A DNA stretch of 64,000 nt from Blastocystis sp. subtype 4 (taxonomy: Eukaryota), in contig NW_014569527.1 of assembly GCF_000743755.1 (NCBI RefSeq), positions 1 to 64,000 of the forward strand, given 5' to 3'. Both the position numbers and the translations under genes were made by a program. Below, piece after piece: positions 41,074-53,596 of this stretch (the stretch's first letter is position 1; every line of letters begins with the position of its first letter). Below the pieces are notes generated by a model. The model ran no database searches. It worked only from the letters and a program-made list of their open reading frames with translations, and had not been told where the DNA came from.

Positions 41074-43190
41074 CTAAGAAACATCACAATAATGACTTCG
41101 TCGACTCCGATCACGATCACGGTACCTGTCTCGATCTCGATCTCGATCTCGATCACGATCACGATCTCTGTTTGTTTCATAACGATCATGTCTCCATTTT
41201 GATCCTTCAATTCGAGCTGTCTTACGATATACACAATAAAAACTATTCAACAGATTTCGAATCGTCCCATCAGGACGTGTTCGGTTTATTGAACCTCCAC
41301 TGAGGAAGAAGAAGTCTCTTCGCCGTTCTTGACGAAAACTCTCCTCGGTTACAATATTCAAACCAGCTTCCTGAAGAAGAGAGTTCCATTCATCACGACT
41401 TCTGAAATAGGTCTGAAATGTGGTACAAAAATCAGGAGTTTCGATAACAGGTTGTAATGCCAAAGCATACATACCATGTTGCACATCTAAAAAAATACGC
41501 ATGGTTTCTGGATTACAATCATGCTCTCGAATAATGAGTACTCCATCATTTCGTAAAACACGACAAATCTCTTTCAAAAACTGGCTGATTTCTGGAATAT
41601 GATGGAGAACCATAAATACAGTGATTACATCAAAGCAATTATCACAGTAAGGTAAAGTCGTTCCATCGTAGTGTCGAAATTGAAACTGAGTCATCATCTC
41701 ATCTTCAGGAGGAAGATCACGAACATCACATCCAAAAATGTGGTGAGATGAAAGATGAAGAGATTGGCCGATCGCAACAGTAATGCTACCATCTGCACAG
41801 CCGATGTCGAGATAATCCCGAATGCTGTTTCGAGATGAAGGATAATCGGGAATCATTGCTTTGAACTAGAAGATGAAAGATTGAGAGAAATTCAACATCT
41901 CGAACCCGAGATTGAGCTCGTTCTTTTATTAACTGTTTCTGTTTTTCTTCTTCAGAAGGAACGTGAACTACATCAGGATGAGGTTCCAATTCAAGTGGTT
42001 GTTCTTCCGAAATATCTGTTGTTGGAACCAAAGGTACGGCATCCACGGGAATTGGTTCTTGTTTAGGGGTTTCAGGTTCGGCTTGTGTTTCTTCAACTGG
42101 AGGGAAAAGTGTTTGGTAAAGACGAGAATATATAGAATAATCTTGTTGTTGCGAAGGATCGTCACTGTTGACCTAAATGAAATAAGGAGATGATAAGTAC
42201 CATTTCTTCGATGATCTGAAGTAGTTTTGTGGCAGCTTGGGGATTCTGACATTCTTTGCGGATCCACTGTTCGGTTCGGCTTTTGAGTTCTCCACCAATA
42301 CTCCAAATAGTCTTAAACTGCTTCTGACTCAAAATAGTAGGAAGTTGGAGTTCTCCGGGATAAGTCAATGCAGCGGAGCTCAACTGGCGAATAGGTGGGA
42401 CCAATGTAACATAGAGATACTATACAATAACCTATTTCAATATCAGGTACTGTTGGATTGAGAGACGAATTGACATCAAATACTTGGAGAGAAAGGTTAT
42501 ACGAACGAATCAACTCTTCTTTATCCTTACCGATACGAAGACAAATGAATGGAGCTCCCACTTCTAAGGCTTTCTCAAGTAGTAGTTTCAGATCCACAAA
42601 GTTAACAGAAATAGCATTTTGACTCACTTCTACATTCAAACTGGAAATACTATGTGACACATCCAGGTAAACAGGCGTCATAACGGAATGAACTGAATAC
42701 CAACGAGTTAGAGCATCCATCGTTGTCAGTGATGTCAAATTAAGCTTGCTTTCACAACCCCACATGTAGCAATTCCGGGACACAGAGGATCTTCGTTCAC
42801 CTGTAAATGTACACATTGCAACCTCACAGAACCCATTATTATTTAGGAAATTGAACGCTTCAATACCAGAATCGGGAATACCAATGAATAACCCACGCGA
42901 AGACCTTCCAGAAATATCATAATTTGTTATAGGACGATATCGTTCCCGAATATCGACGATATAAGCAGCAAGTTTGGTTAGTTCTTCAAACGATGGAATA
43001 TTGCCTGAAATCCCTTCATCAATAACTACTCCCCTCTTTTGATAAGAAAAATTGGGTGGGAACTTGTCACTAATCATTAAGTGGTTATCAAAGATTAGGG
43101 TCAAAGGCATAGATGAGACTTCACCAAGAGAATTATCATATTGTTCAGAGTTAATGGAGTGTGGAACAATGATTCCTTTTCGTCTCTCAT
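41074..43190 (-). CDS. Class I SAM methyltransferase with N-terminal divergent domain and C-terminal (RD)n tail; start uncertain
   Basis: YLDIGCADGSIT, FDVITVFMVLHHI, RVLRNDGVLIIREHDC; tail RDRDRDRDRDRDRYRDRDRSRR. Confidence 0.7.
41109..41168 (-). repeat. Hexamer microsatellite (GATCTC/GATCAC on +) encoding Arg-Asp dipeptides
   Basis: Directly visible tandem hexamers. Confidence 0.85.
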
Positions 43191-43628
43191 TACAACAGAT
43201 GAGTTTATATAGGAAGTACTTTTCACTGTAAAGATATCTCGCGCTTTGACACTATTATTGGAATCATGTTTCTTTTCACTTTGCAACACTTTTTACTTGG
43301 TTGACACTAATTGATGTGCGTGATAAATACATTTCTTAAGTAGAAGTGAAATGAAGAACATTTATTCACATGACATTCTATGGACTTATGGCCCTAATTT
43401 AGATAGTATACAGAGAATTAATAGGGATATAAAGATACTTATAAATAGGATGGACCCAATTAATTACAGATTGCACGGGTTTTCTCCTTCCATTCTCTCA
43501 ATCGCGGGAGATAGATACGTTTCCGCCTCACTTTGAACACTGTCGAGTACTACCTATCGAAGCTCAATTGTTTTAGTAGACAATTACTCTTTCTAGATTT
43601 CTTTGTTTTTTAATATTTATTTTCATTC

Positions 43629-45098
43629 ATGTCATATAAATCGTCATTAGTACGATCTGATACGTCGTATGACAATTCAGATGATTATGTTCCAACTGAT
43701 GTATGCATTGTATAGCTAGTTATTAATATGTATAGACCGTGTACGTTCGGAGAGGTAATTACAAACGGAGTAGTGCAACTGGAGATCACTCTGGAGATGG
43801 TGTATTTGTGTTTTGATTGCATGATCAATTAGAGATTGGAAGCTGAGACAAAGAAGACACATCATGCCTCTTGTCATCGTTGTGGAAACATTCGACGGAA
43901 ATATATATTTTGCACAAGATGTCCCCAAGTGTTTTGCATGAAGTGTATGGATAAAATGATTGAGGAACATGGTGCTGACTGTTTCTCTCATGGCTGTCCT
44001 GTATGTAAGAAGCTCTGTTGTTGTTCTGAGAAGAGTCTAAATTGTACAAGAAAAGTAGTAATAAGACTGATAGATAATGCTTAGTACCATTGTTACAAGA
44101 AGTGTTTAACAACAAAGAAAGGAGTAAAAAAGGTATTAAAATCTCATATTGATCACTTCTAGGGTATTACTTCGCATGCTCAACTGTCTCCATTATCTTC
44201 TCCTACCATTCCTGCTCAGGTTCCAGTACCTGAACCTAAATTATCACCCGTACTCCAAACTCCATACAGACAAGACTACTCACTTCATTCGACAGTTGCG
44301 CCAACTGTAGTTTCGTCAGTCCCAGTTTTCAAACCGGACCCAGTTCAAACTACTGAATTACAGAAACGAAACTCCCTTAATCTCTATTCGATTCCCTCTG
44401 TGACGTATCCACTTCCTCCTGCTCCTGGTTCGGTCCGCCATCTCGATTCGCTCTCTGGTTATTCGTCACTTAACGGGCTTGTCTCAGTTGTTAGCAGTCG
44501 ATTTTCCCTTAGCAGGATGAACAGCAATGAGGGAATAGCTTCAGATCCGTTTGTGACTTCTGGGATACTCCCGCGGGAATCATTGAATATTGCGAATAAC
44601 ATGATCTGGGATCCCACAATGTGTCAGTTACAGCGTGCACCTGATAGCATACAGGTTCTGAACAACAGTGTTTATGATGGTCAAAGCAATCTCCAGCCAA
44701 TGTTACTGCCTATCCAAAGTCTTCCTCAAGCAACAGTCATTCGTAAGCCATCTCTCTTGGCTCAGGTGAAATCTGCAGAGTCAGGACAGGGTGATAAGGA
44801 TGTGGCATCACTGAATACAGAGGTCTGTTTTAATGAGGACTCGTCAAATGATGGGATTGTGTGTTTACCAAGTGGAGGAGCCACTGAAGCTGCATCAACT
44901 GCAGAGGTAGCAGCGACTGGATCGACAGAGAGTGAGACACTTGTTCAAGCAGTGATTGTGAAATGTGATTCGACTCGTAGTACCGGTAGTGAATCTCCGT
45001 GGGTGAATCTGGAGGCGATTCGTCAGGTTTCGCCAATTGGTTCAGTGATGGGAAGTGTTCATGCGATTACTCCAGATGCGAGTACCCTTGTATATTAG
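43629..45098 (+). CDS. Zinc-finger protein (zf-4CXXC_R1/CDCA7-like) with low-complexity C-terminus
   Basis: SCHRCG…FCTRCPQVFCMKCM…GCPVCKKLCCC…HCYKKC. Confidence 0.65.
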
Positions 45099-45149
45099 TT
45101 CTTTGTACTCTATCATTTGAATGAGTTTATTTGAAAACACAATGCAACA

Positions 45150-47441
45150 CTATTTAAGAGATTCAACCACTTCTTTCACGATAGTAGGATTCTCGACAGT
45201 AAAACCGTATTCTCTAATGCTTAGTCCTCATACCTAATTATGCACCTGTCTGTTGTTACAAATACAACATTCCCTTGTTCAATACGGATTGATTGAATGG
45301 ATGTAAGACCAATCTTTCCTGTGCGCTTAAAGAAGAGAATGGGCTTTCGGACCCATTTGAGCTAAAAAATGAGACATATATTGTAATCTGACTTCAGAGG
45401 CTGTGATCGTGAGAACTGTTGCATGCTGACTACTGTCTCTGCAGATCTTCAAACCTTTGACACCTTGTGATAGTTTCTCCTTCATATCTTCAATCTCTTT
45501 GCGCTTACGCTCCTCTTCTTCCTTCCTCAGTCTCTCTTCCTCTTCCTTACGCTTACGCTCCTCCTCCTTTCTCAATCGTTCCTCTTCCTCCTTTCTCAAT
45601 CTCTCTTCCTCTTCCTTACGCTTACGCTCCTCCTCTTCCTTTCTCAATCTCTCTTCCTCTTCCTTTCTCAATCTCTCCTCCTCTTCCTTTCTCAATCGTT
45701 CCTCTTCCTCCTTTCTCAATCTCTTCCTCCTTTCTCAATCTCTCTTCCTCTTCCTTACGCTTACGCTCCTCCCCTTTCTCAATCGTTCCTCTTCCTCCTT
45801 CCTCAGTCTCTCCTCCTCTTCCTTCCTCAATCGTTCCTCTTCCTCCTTTCTCAGTCTCTCTTCCTCTTCCTTACGCTTACGCTCCTCTTCCTCCTTTCTC
45901 AATCTCTCTTCTTCCTTTCTCAATCGCTCTTCCTCCTCCTTTCTCAATCTCTCTTCCTCTTCCTTTCTCAATCTCTCTTCCTCTTCCTTCCTCAATCGCT
46001 CCTCCTCCTCCTTCCTCAATCTCTCTTCCTCTTCCTTTCTCAATCTCTCCTCTTCCTCCTTTCTCAGTCTCTCTTCCTCCTCCTTTCTCAGTCTCTCTTC
46101 CTCTTCCTTTCTCAATCTCTCCTCCTCTTCCTTCCTCAATCGCTCCTCCTCTTCCTTACGCTTACGCTCCTCTTCTTCCTTCCTCAATCGTTCCTCTTCC
46201 TCCTTTCTCAGTCTCTCTTCCTCTTCCTTTCTCAATCTCTCCTCCTCTTCCTTTCTCAATCGTTCCTCTTCCTCCTTTCTCAATCGTTCCTCCTCCTCCT
46301 TTCTCAGTCTCTCTTCCTCTTCCTTTCTCAGTCTCTCTTCCTCCTTTCTCAGTCTCTCTTCCTCTTCCTTACGCTTACGCTCCTCCTCCTCCTTCCTCAA
46401 TCGTTCCTCTTCCTCCTTACGCTTACGCTCCTCTTCTTCCTTCCTCAATCGTTCCTCTTCCTCCTTTCTCAGTCTCTCTTCCTCTTCCTTACGCTTACGT
46501 TCCTCTTCCTCCTTCCTCAATCGTTCCTCCTCTTCCTTACGCTTACGCTCCTCTTCCTCTAGTCTCAATCTCTCCTCCTCCTCCTTTCTCAATCTCTCCT
46601 CTTCTTCCTTTCTCAATCGCTCCTCTTCTTCCTTTCGCAATCTCTCTTCCTCTTCCTTTCTCAATCGCTCTTCTTCTTCCTTTCTCAGTCTCTCTTCCTC
46701 CTCCTTCCTCAATCGTTCCTCTTCCTCCTTTCTCAATCTCTCTTCCTCTTCCTTTCTCAAACGTTCCTCTTCCTCCTTCCTCAATCTCTCTTCCTCCTCC
46801 TTCTTTTTTTGTTCAGCTTGTTCAGCTTCCTTCCTCTTCTTCTTCTCTTCCTTCCTCTTCCTCTTCTCCTCTTCTTCTGCAGCAGCTGCTTCTTCGGCTT
46901 CCTTACGCTTACGTTTCTCTTCCTTCTTTCTTCGCTTCTCCTCCTCTTCCGCCTCTGCTGCCTCTTCTGCCTCTTTACGTTTCTTCTTCTCTTCCTTCTT
47001 CTTCCTCTTCTCCTCCTCTTCTGCAGCTGCAGCTGCTTCTTCTTCTTTCTTCTTTCGTTTTTCTTCCTTCTTCTTACGCTTTTCCTCCTCTTCTGCAGCA
47101 GCGGCAGCTTCTTCTTCCTTCCTCTTCTTCTCTTCCTTCTTCTTACGCTTTTCTTCCTCTTCTGCAGCAGCGGCAGCAGCAGCAGCAGCTTCCTCTTTTG
47201 ATTTCTCATATTCTTCTTCTGTTACTTCTTTCCAACGCCGATCAGCATACTACACATCAAAGCAGCAAACCGTAGGCACTTTTTCCTTTTTATGATCAGA
47301 ACCAGTGCATTCTTGAAGATGCCGATCCTTATGTCGTTCCTTCACGATTACACCGCATGCGCGACACTTCACACGTTTGGAGTGGCTGGATCTGAATATA
47401 AGGATCTATAAACAACCATTATACTTTTTTTCCGATTCCAT
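45150..47441 (-). CDS. Protein with N-terminal Cys/His knuckle, very long E/R/K single-alpha-helix repeat and small C-terminal domain; frame broken near 45720-45775
   Basis: CRACGVIVKERHKDRHLQEC; poly-Ala/EK blocks; tandem KEEEERLR units; C-terminal exons ending …VVESLK*. Confidence 0.7.
45500..46800 (-). repeat. Coding minisatellite, 24-nt unit (KEEEERLR/KEEEERKR), roughly 50 copies
   Basis: Tandem TTCCTTTCTCAATCTCTCTTCCTC variants on the + strand. Confidence 0.95.
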
Positions 47442-47788
47442 GCAAAAATGTGATCTAATAAAGATCGTACTCTAGTAATTAGGTCGAAATGGGAATGGGC
47501 CCTTATTCACCACATTATTTAGCACGAAAATGGGAAGATTTCTTACTATTCAATTGTGTATCTAGTGTTTTTTTGCAACATTGTACATTAAAAGAGGTCG
47601 ATCTTGGATTATTAAACAGGATCTCTTAAACATACATTGTTTCAATACAAGATCACGACTCTGTTTCTTTTCACACACCGGTCTTTCTTAAATCTTCATT
47701 GGAATAGGATTGATGATTTTCGATTCTTTTTTCCAGATTGATGAAGAAAATCCAACCGTTATTATCTTCATTTCTAGACCTTAAATAA

Positions 47789-47862
47789 GCTCGAATAGCT
47801 CAGCTGGTTAGAGCGTCGTGCTAATAACGCGAAGGTCTGGGGTTCGATCCCCCGTTTGAGCA
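47789..47862 (+). tRNA. trnI-AAT: tRNA-Ile (anticodon AAT)
   Basis: Acceptor GCTCGAA/TTTGAGC, D-arm TAGCTCAGCTGGTTAGAGC, anticodon arm TCGTG-CTAATAA-CGCGA, GGTTCGATCC, downstream T-run terminator. Confidence 0.97.
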
Positions 47863-47950
47863 TTTTTCTTTCCATTATTTTCCCCATTTCTCCTTTTTTT
47901 TCCACTTTTTCCTTCTTCATAGATATTATTTTATTTACGCAAAAACTAGA

Positions 47951-49807
47951 ATGGTGAGAGAAGTCGTTGAATGTGTGCCCAATTTCAGGTAGCTGTCTTT
48001 GTTGGGAGTTGATTCTTAGTGAGGGACGTGATGAGAAGGTTATTCAGGCTATTGCTGATGCCATGCGTAATACTCGTAAATGAGGCATTGTTTGAGCTCA
48101 TTGGTTTAGCTGGATGTACTGTTCTCGATGTTGATCCTGGCAAATCTACAAATAGAACCGTGTATACCTTCGTGGGAGATAAGAAGAGCGTTGTTGAGGG
48201 TGCTCTGAATGCTTGCCGCGTTGCTTGGGATCTTATCGATATGACAAAGCAGCATGGAGAGCATCCCAGAATGGGAGCTTGCGATGTGTGCCCCTTCATT
48301 CCAATTAGCGTTAGCGTTTGGTTTTTAGTTTACATCTAGGGAGTGACGATGGATGACTGTGTGGAGTGTTCACGTGAGTTCGCTCGTCGTGTCTCAGAGG
48401 AACTTGGAATCCCTGTGTTTATGTACGAGTATGCTGAGACTAAGGGAGCTTATCGTCATTTGCTTCCTCAGATCCGTGAAGGTGAGTATGAGAAGCTCGC
48501 TGAGCGTATCGTGAAGCCAGAATGGGAGCCTGATTTTGGTCCTGCTAGTAAACGATTGGATATGAATGACACACAGAGTTCGTACCTCGTTGGGGAGCTA
48601 CTGTAGCTGGAGCTCGTAAGCTGCTGGTTGCTTTCAATATTAACGTGTTGGTAAGGTTTGTATCTCCATTTTCATGAACAGGGTACCAAGCAACAGGCCC
48701 ATCGTATTGCTCTCAATGTGCGTACTGCTGGTCGTGGTCCTAAGGAGCCTGGTCGTCTGAAGGAACTGAAGGCTATCGGATGGTATGTGGAGGATTACGG
48801 TATTGCACAAATCAGCTGTAATTTGACTGACTATAATGTGACCAACATGCATACAGTCTACGAAGAATGTGAGAAGGATGCTCGTGAGCTAAATGTATCT
48901 CTCTGTGGTGGTGAGATCGTTGGTCTGGTGAATTTGGAGAGTATTCTTCAAGTTGCTGACTACTATATTCAGAAGGAGAATCTCTTCATTCTTGAAGAGC
49001 GTCAGAAGGTCATGTTGGTGATTCAACGTCTTGGACTCAATTCTGTGTCTCATTTTGATCCTGAGAAGCGCATCATTGACTATATTGTAAGAGAGAAGCC
49101 TAATGAGCCTTTGGCTTCACTTTCTGTTCGTAACTTTGTTGAGGTGTTGGGTTCACGCACTGCTGCTCCTGGTGGTGGTTCCGCTTCCTCTCTTGTCTCC
49201 TCGATGGGTGTTGGATGTAGGTGTGAAGAAGTTGACTGATTTCATAGTGGGAGCCATGGTTGGTTGGATGACGTACGGTATTCGTAAATTCGAGAAGTTA
49301 GATATGCAGATGCGTGTACTGATCAAGAATCTTGATGCCATTATGAACGTATAACCGCGGGAATGTTATTACGAATAGGAAATGATTCCAATGATTGATC
49401 GTGATACGAATGCTTTTAACGGTTATATGGAAGCTATGGCCTTGCCAAAGAAGACACCTGAAGAGATTGCTATTCGTGATGCTGCTATGTTAGCTGGATT
49501 GAAGACTGCAATTCATGTGCCTTTGGAAGGAATGCGTACTGCATTCAAAGCTTGGCCTTTCATGATCGAAATGGCTAAGATTGGGAACATTAAGTCAATG
49601 AGTGATTTGCAAGTGGGAGCTAAGTGTTTGGAGACTGGTATCTGGGGATGCTACCAGAATGTGATGATTAACATGGAGACCATCACGGATGAGGCTTTTG
49701 TAAAGGAGACTGTTACTGAGGCTGAAATGATGGTCGAAAAGAGTAAGGAGTATTTGGAGGAGGTGTTGACCATTCTGAAACAGCGTAAGGATGCTGGAGA
49801 GAAGTAA
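47951..49807 (+). CDS. FTCD: Bifunctional glutamate formiminotransferase / formiminotetrahydrofolate cyclodeaminase
   Basis: [50 protein letters not shown]. Confidence 0.95.
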
Positions 49808-49837
49808 AGTTTCTAATGTGTTTCATTGACAAACAAG

Positions 49838-51805
49838 TCACAACAATTCTACATAGGAAGCAGGGAACCACCCTCTGTGACCATTCTCATTATATCCTTC
49901 TAACCATTCATCTACTACTTCTGTGATGGTGATGATGTCACCCACATGTAATTCCAAAAGACCCTCTTCAGCCTCTGTGTATTCATAAATAGCACGCACT
50001 TGTTGTCGCTCTCCACCTGGCATCTGAATGTATGTTAAAGGTACGAACCCCTCACGTCCATCAGCAGTTCGAATCTTCATCCACTCACCTCCGTCTTGAA
50101 GGGCCGTTACCCACTCTCCTTTTGTTACTGACACTTCCTCAGATGATCTGGCTTCAAAGTCAAACAATACGAGACACTGAATGTCTTTTGATGGTACTGT
50201 CTGCACCATCGAATCCATCGCCTCCTCCAAATCCTTTTCCAGTACATCCTCCAGTGACTCTTCTCTCTGAGTCGATGGCTCTACCTCACTCGGTTTCGAT
50301 TTTTCCTCTTCGATTGACTCCAACAACTCGTCTACGTTAAGATTCTCAAGAATTGACTCCATTTCAAAAACAGTTTTCCTACCAAGTGTCACAGATCCTA
50401 ATGTCGCTCCAGGTTCAATAATCACCTCAGGTGACGGCTCTCGATCTGGTGCTTCATTCTCCTTTGGAGCCTCAGAGGAAGGGAGTTTTTCTGATTGGGG
50501 ATTGGAGACGGTTTGATCGGGTTGTATGAATACTGATTGAATAGGTTCTGCATCAATCAGTTTCACGGAAGAAGCAGACCCATCGTCAACTGTGACAAAT
50601 GCTGATTTGGGTAAGGCGTGAGGAAACAACACAGGTTCTTCCGTAGATTCTGAATCCTCAAATACTGTGGATTGACGTGGAGTTCGAGATGGACGCGATT
50701 TCGGTAATGGTAAAGTGGGTTTGATTTCTGTGGGATTCTGAGATTGTGTTGGGTTGGACTCCTGATCATGAATATCATGTTCGCAATAGAACGACTAATG
50801 GGAAGCAATGCAATGAACTCATACTATCTTAACCTCTTCAACTTCTTTCTCGATCTCTTCAGCAGTTCTTCGAGTACTGCCTACAACTGCAGAAGGTTGA
50901 GCATTTCGGATGCTGTTTTCATCAACTTCGAGAGAAACTTCCTTCTAATGATTACATTGGATACTGACAAAAACAGTTTCAAGTCTCTGCTGACGTTTTA
51001 AAATCGCATCTAATTCTGGATCGCGTTTGAATTCAAAACGACGTTCTTGAGATTCCGATTTCGGCTCTTTTGGTGCTTCTCCTTTCTATGTTCAATCCCT
51101 TCAACAAAATGTACAAATACTTGTTCTTTCTTACGAAGGAGAGTATCTAATTCTGGATCTCGTTTGAATTCAAATCGTTTCTCTCCTGATTGAGTCTACT
51201 TATCATTCGACAAATCTATCCTCACACTTGAGATCGTGGCTTGATTCTCTCCTACCCCATCTCTTGCACTACTTCCTATTGTAAGATAATTTACTTCATT
51301 CTATGGATCAAAGCGACACATTGTATCCACTGAAGCAATCTTCTCTTTTCGCTTAAGCAATTCGTCTAACTCTGGATCTCGTTTAATTGTCTACTATTGA
51401 AGCAGAAACCGTAAACCTACTCCTGATTTCACAGTAGCATATGCAATGTCTTCTGAATTCTATCCTATTACAAATTATATGCAAACTCTCATACACGTGA
51501 TGGTGTAATATCCTCGAAAGGGACGAATCGAGTCTGTTTCTTTCTACTGATTAACTTGAAGGTAAATCCATCACACTTCAACGTAAGGAAGTGGTACAAA
51601 TCCTTCCTACCCATAAAGAAACACCTGATCAACTACTCTTCCATCACATGATGCCCATAACCATTCGCCGTGATCCTCTAGAACATCTACTGTCATTCCT
51701 TTAACAACTGTTAATCCATCATCGACTTGGGTGCCATCAAAATCAAACAAAACCTTTTCACAATCATCTATTCACACCAACAAGTACTGTGGCAGTGTCT
51801 GGCAT
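49838..51805 (-). CDS. SH3 adaptor protein (one N-terminal and two C-terminal SH3 domains)
   Basis: VLFDFDG…GEW…EGFVPLPYV; VLFDFEA…GEW…EGFVPLTYI; AIYEY…EWLEG…GWFPASYVELL. Confidence 0.8.
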
Positions 51806-51928
51806 ATCGTAAAACGAACCTGCGTGAAGAAAACAAGTCTTAAGGGAAAACGGTTCAAGAAGTGGAACCGCGGGAATTTCAACTCTCTAGCGGCTTTCAT
51901 TGAATAAACACAAAAGATAAATGACGGC

Positions 51929-53561
51929 TTATAGTACAGGATACGAACTCTCAATCTGGTTCTTCAGAAACCACTTGCGAAGAGATTCCGAGGAGATCGA
52001 ATAGGTCGTAGAAGTCAATCGTCCTTTTCCTCCAACTACAAATGTCGATTTCATGTCTTTTGAATATTGAATTGGTGGGTACAAATCAGATTGAAGCAAT
52101 TTCTCCAAGGATTGTTCCTTTTCTTGATTTCGATCCATTTTGATAAAGATTCGACTCTTTTTCAATGAGCTATACAAGTGTGGGTAATTAAAGAATAGAA
52201 CCATGACTTGCATTCGTAAAATGGACGAATCCACACGAGAAACATCCATAACTATTCCTAATGAAGATAAACAATGAATTACAAAATGTGTTTCGGTCCG
52301 GATCAAACACACGTCGATCAATCCCGAATTCTTTATCATAGGAAGATATTGCCGATGCACCATAATAAAGTTGATCCAAATACAGCTTTGTTTGTAACTG
52401 TTGTCGCCTATGCCTAATACATCCATTCTTGTTAAAACTTGACAGGATCCTGTAGTGCTCTTTCTTTGACCATCTCTCGATATTTTTCCCTCCACATCTT
52501 CCCTGTATCACACAATCTAGCGATCGTAAAGTACACATCCTGTGTCATAACAATTCCCTCCTTCTCTGTCTTTAGATACAATTCAATCGCCTTTTCAGGT
52601 TGCCCTGTCTGCTTGTAACATTCAATTAGGGATGAAATAGTCACAGCACTTCGTAGAATGGTTTGTGTCGGAGATGCAGAAGTATGCTGTAAACACCAGT
52701 CATAAAGTTCGATTCCCTCCTTGAAGTATTTCCCATCTACCAATCCCGTCAACAGAGATGACAGAACAATAGGATTCCAGAGACGCTGACTTGGCCATGT
52801 CTGAATAATGGATTTCGCTTTTTCCAGCTCTTTTACAGCAAATAAGGTACTTACTTGCTGAGCTGAGGATGATGTCAGCACTCATGAATTACCTTCGAGA
52901 ATTGGGTTCTTATATTCATAAGCAGACGAAGTGCTGTAAATACTGGTAGCAAGTGGATCTGGAGCAACGATATTGGATAGAAGAGTTATGATCCGGATGT
53001 TCTTCTCAATGGATGCTGCCTTCATAATTAGTTCTGCTGAAGATTTCACCACCGTTACATTCCCGAGAAGATACAATACATCAGTAAGATCAATCAGATT
53101 GGTATAGTGTTTCTTTTGGAATAGGTGACGAATCAACATTTCCAATTCCTTTTCGTCATCAACGCAATCCAAACTCACTTCATTAGACAAAAGCTCACCT
53201 GACTCCAGGAATTTGATGATCTTTTCTTTGTACTATGCATTACCCACTTATTCCAACAATATACACGGCCATGATTCTCGTCATATCGAAGAACCACTCG
53301 GATAAGCTTTTGCTTAGATTCCTCCTGCCAATTGATTTTAGTTCTCATAACATCCTTGTCTTCTAGCTGGGGAACTCTATCTTTCAAATCACTCTTTCAT
53401 CTCCACATTTGTTGTCGCTTTCCTTCAACATTACTATCAGAGAGTTTTTTGTTCTGACTGGTAACGAATGAACGCTCAAATAGACGATGTCTCGTGAAAG
53501 CTCTTGTTCTTCCTAGAACTCCGACCGTAGCAACAAGAACTCGTTCGGATCGAAGTAACAT
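51929..53561 (-). CDS. PPR-repeat protein with mitochondrial-type presequence
   Basis: Arg-rich N-terminus MLLRSERVLV…RAFTRHRLF; PPR-like SSLIECYKQTGQPEKAIELYLKTEKEGIVM and SSLLTGLVDGKYFKEGIELYD. Confidence 0.7.
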
Positions 53562-53584
53562 ACCAAATCCCAACTGTGAGATAT

Positions 53585-53592
53585 AACAAACA
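53585..53592 (-). terminator. TGTTTGTT 3'-processing motif (HCF101)
   Basis: Starts 5 nt after the T at 53597, which opens the codon after …FKEFQ. Confidence 0.85.
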
Positions 53593-53596
53593 CAGT

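Noticed and set aside
45500..46800. Regular 24-nt repeats as a CRISPR array or telomeric satellite
   Set aside because: No unique spacers, variation is mostly at synonymous positions, and the context is eukaryotic and coding.
45457..47295. 612-aa Ser/Phe-rich and 602-aa Pro-rich plus-strand ORFs
   Set aside because: Antisense frames of the KEEEERLR minisatellite, which lacks stops on that strand.
47700..47785. TGATGA upstream of the tRNA as a C/D snoRNA
   Set aside because: No matching D box (CTGA) or terminal stem.
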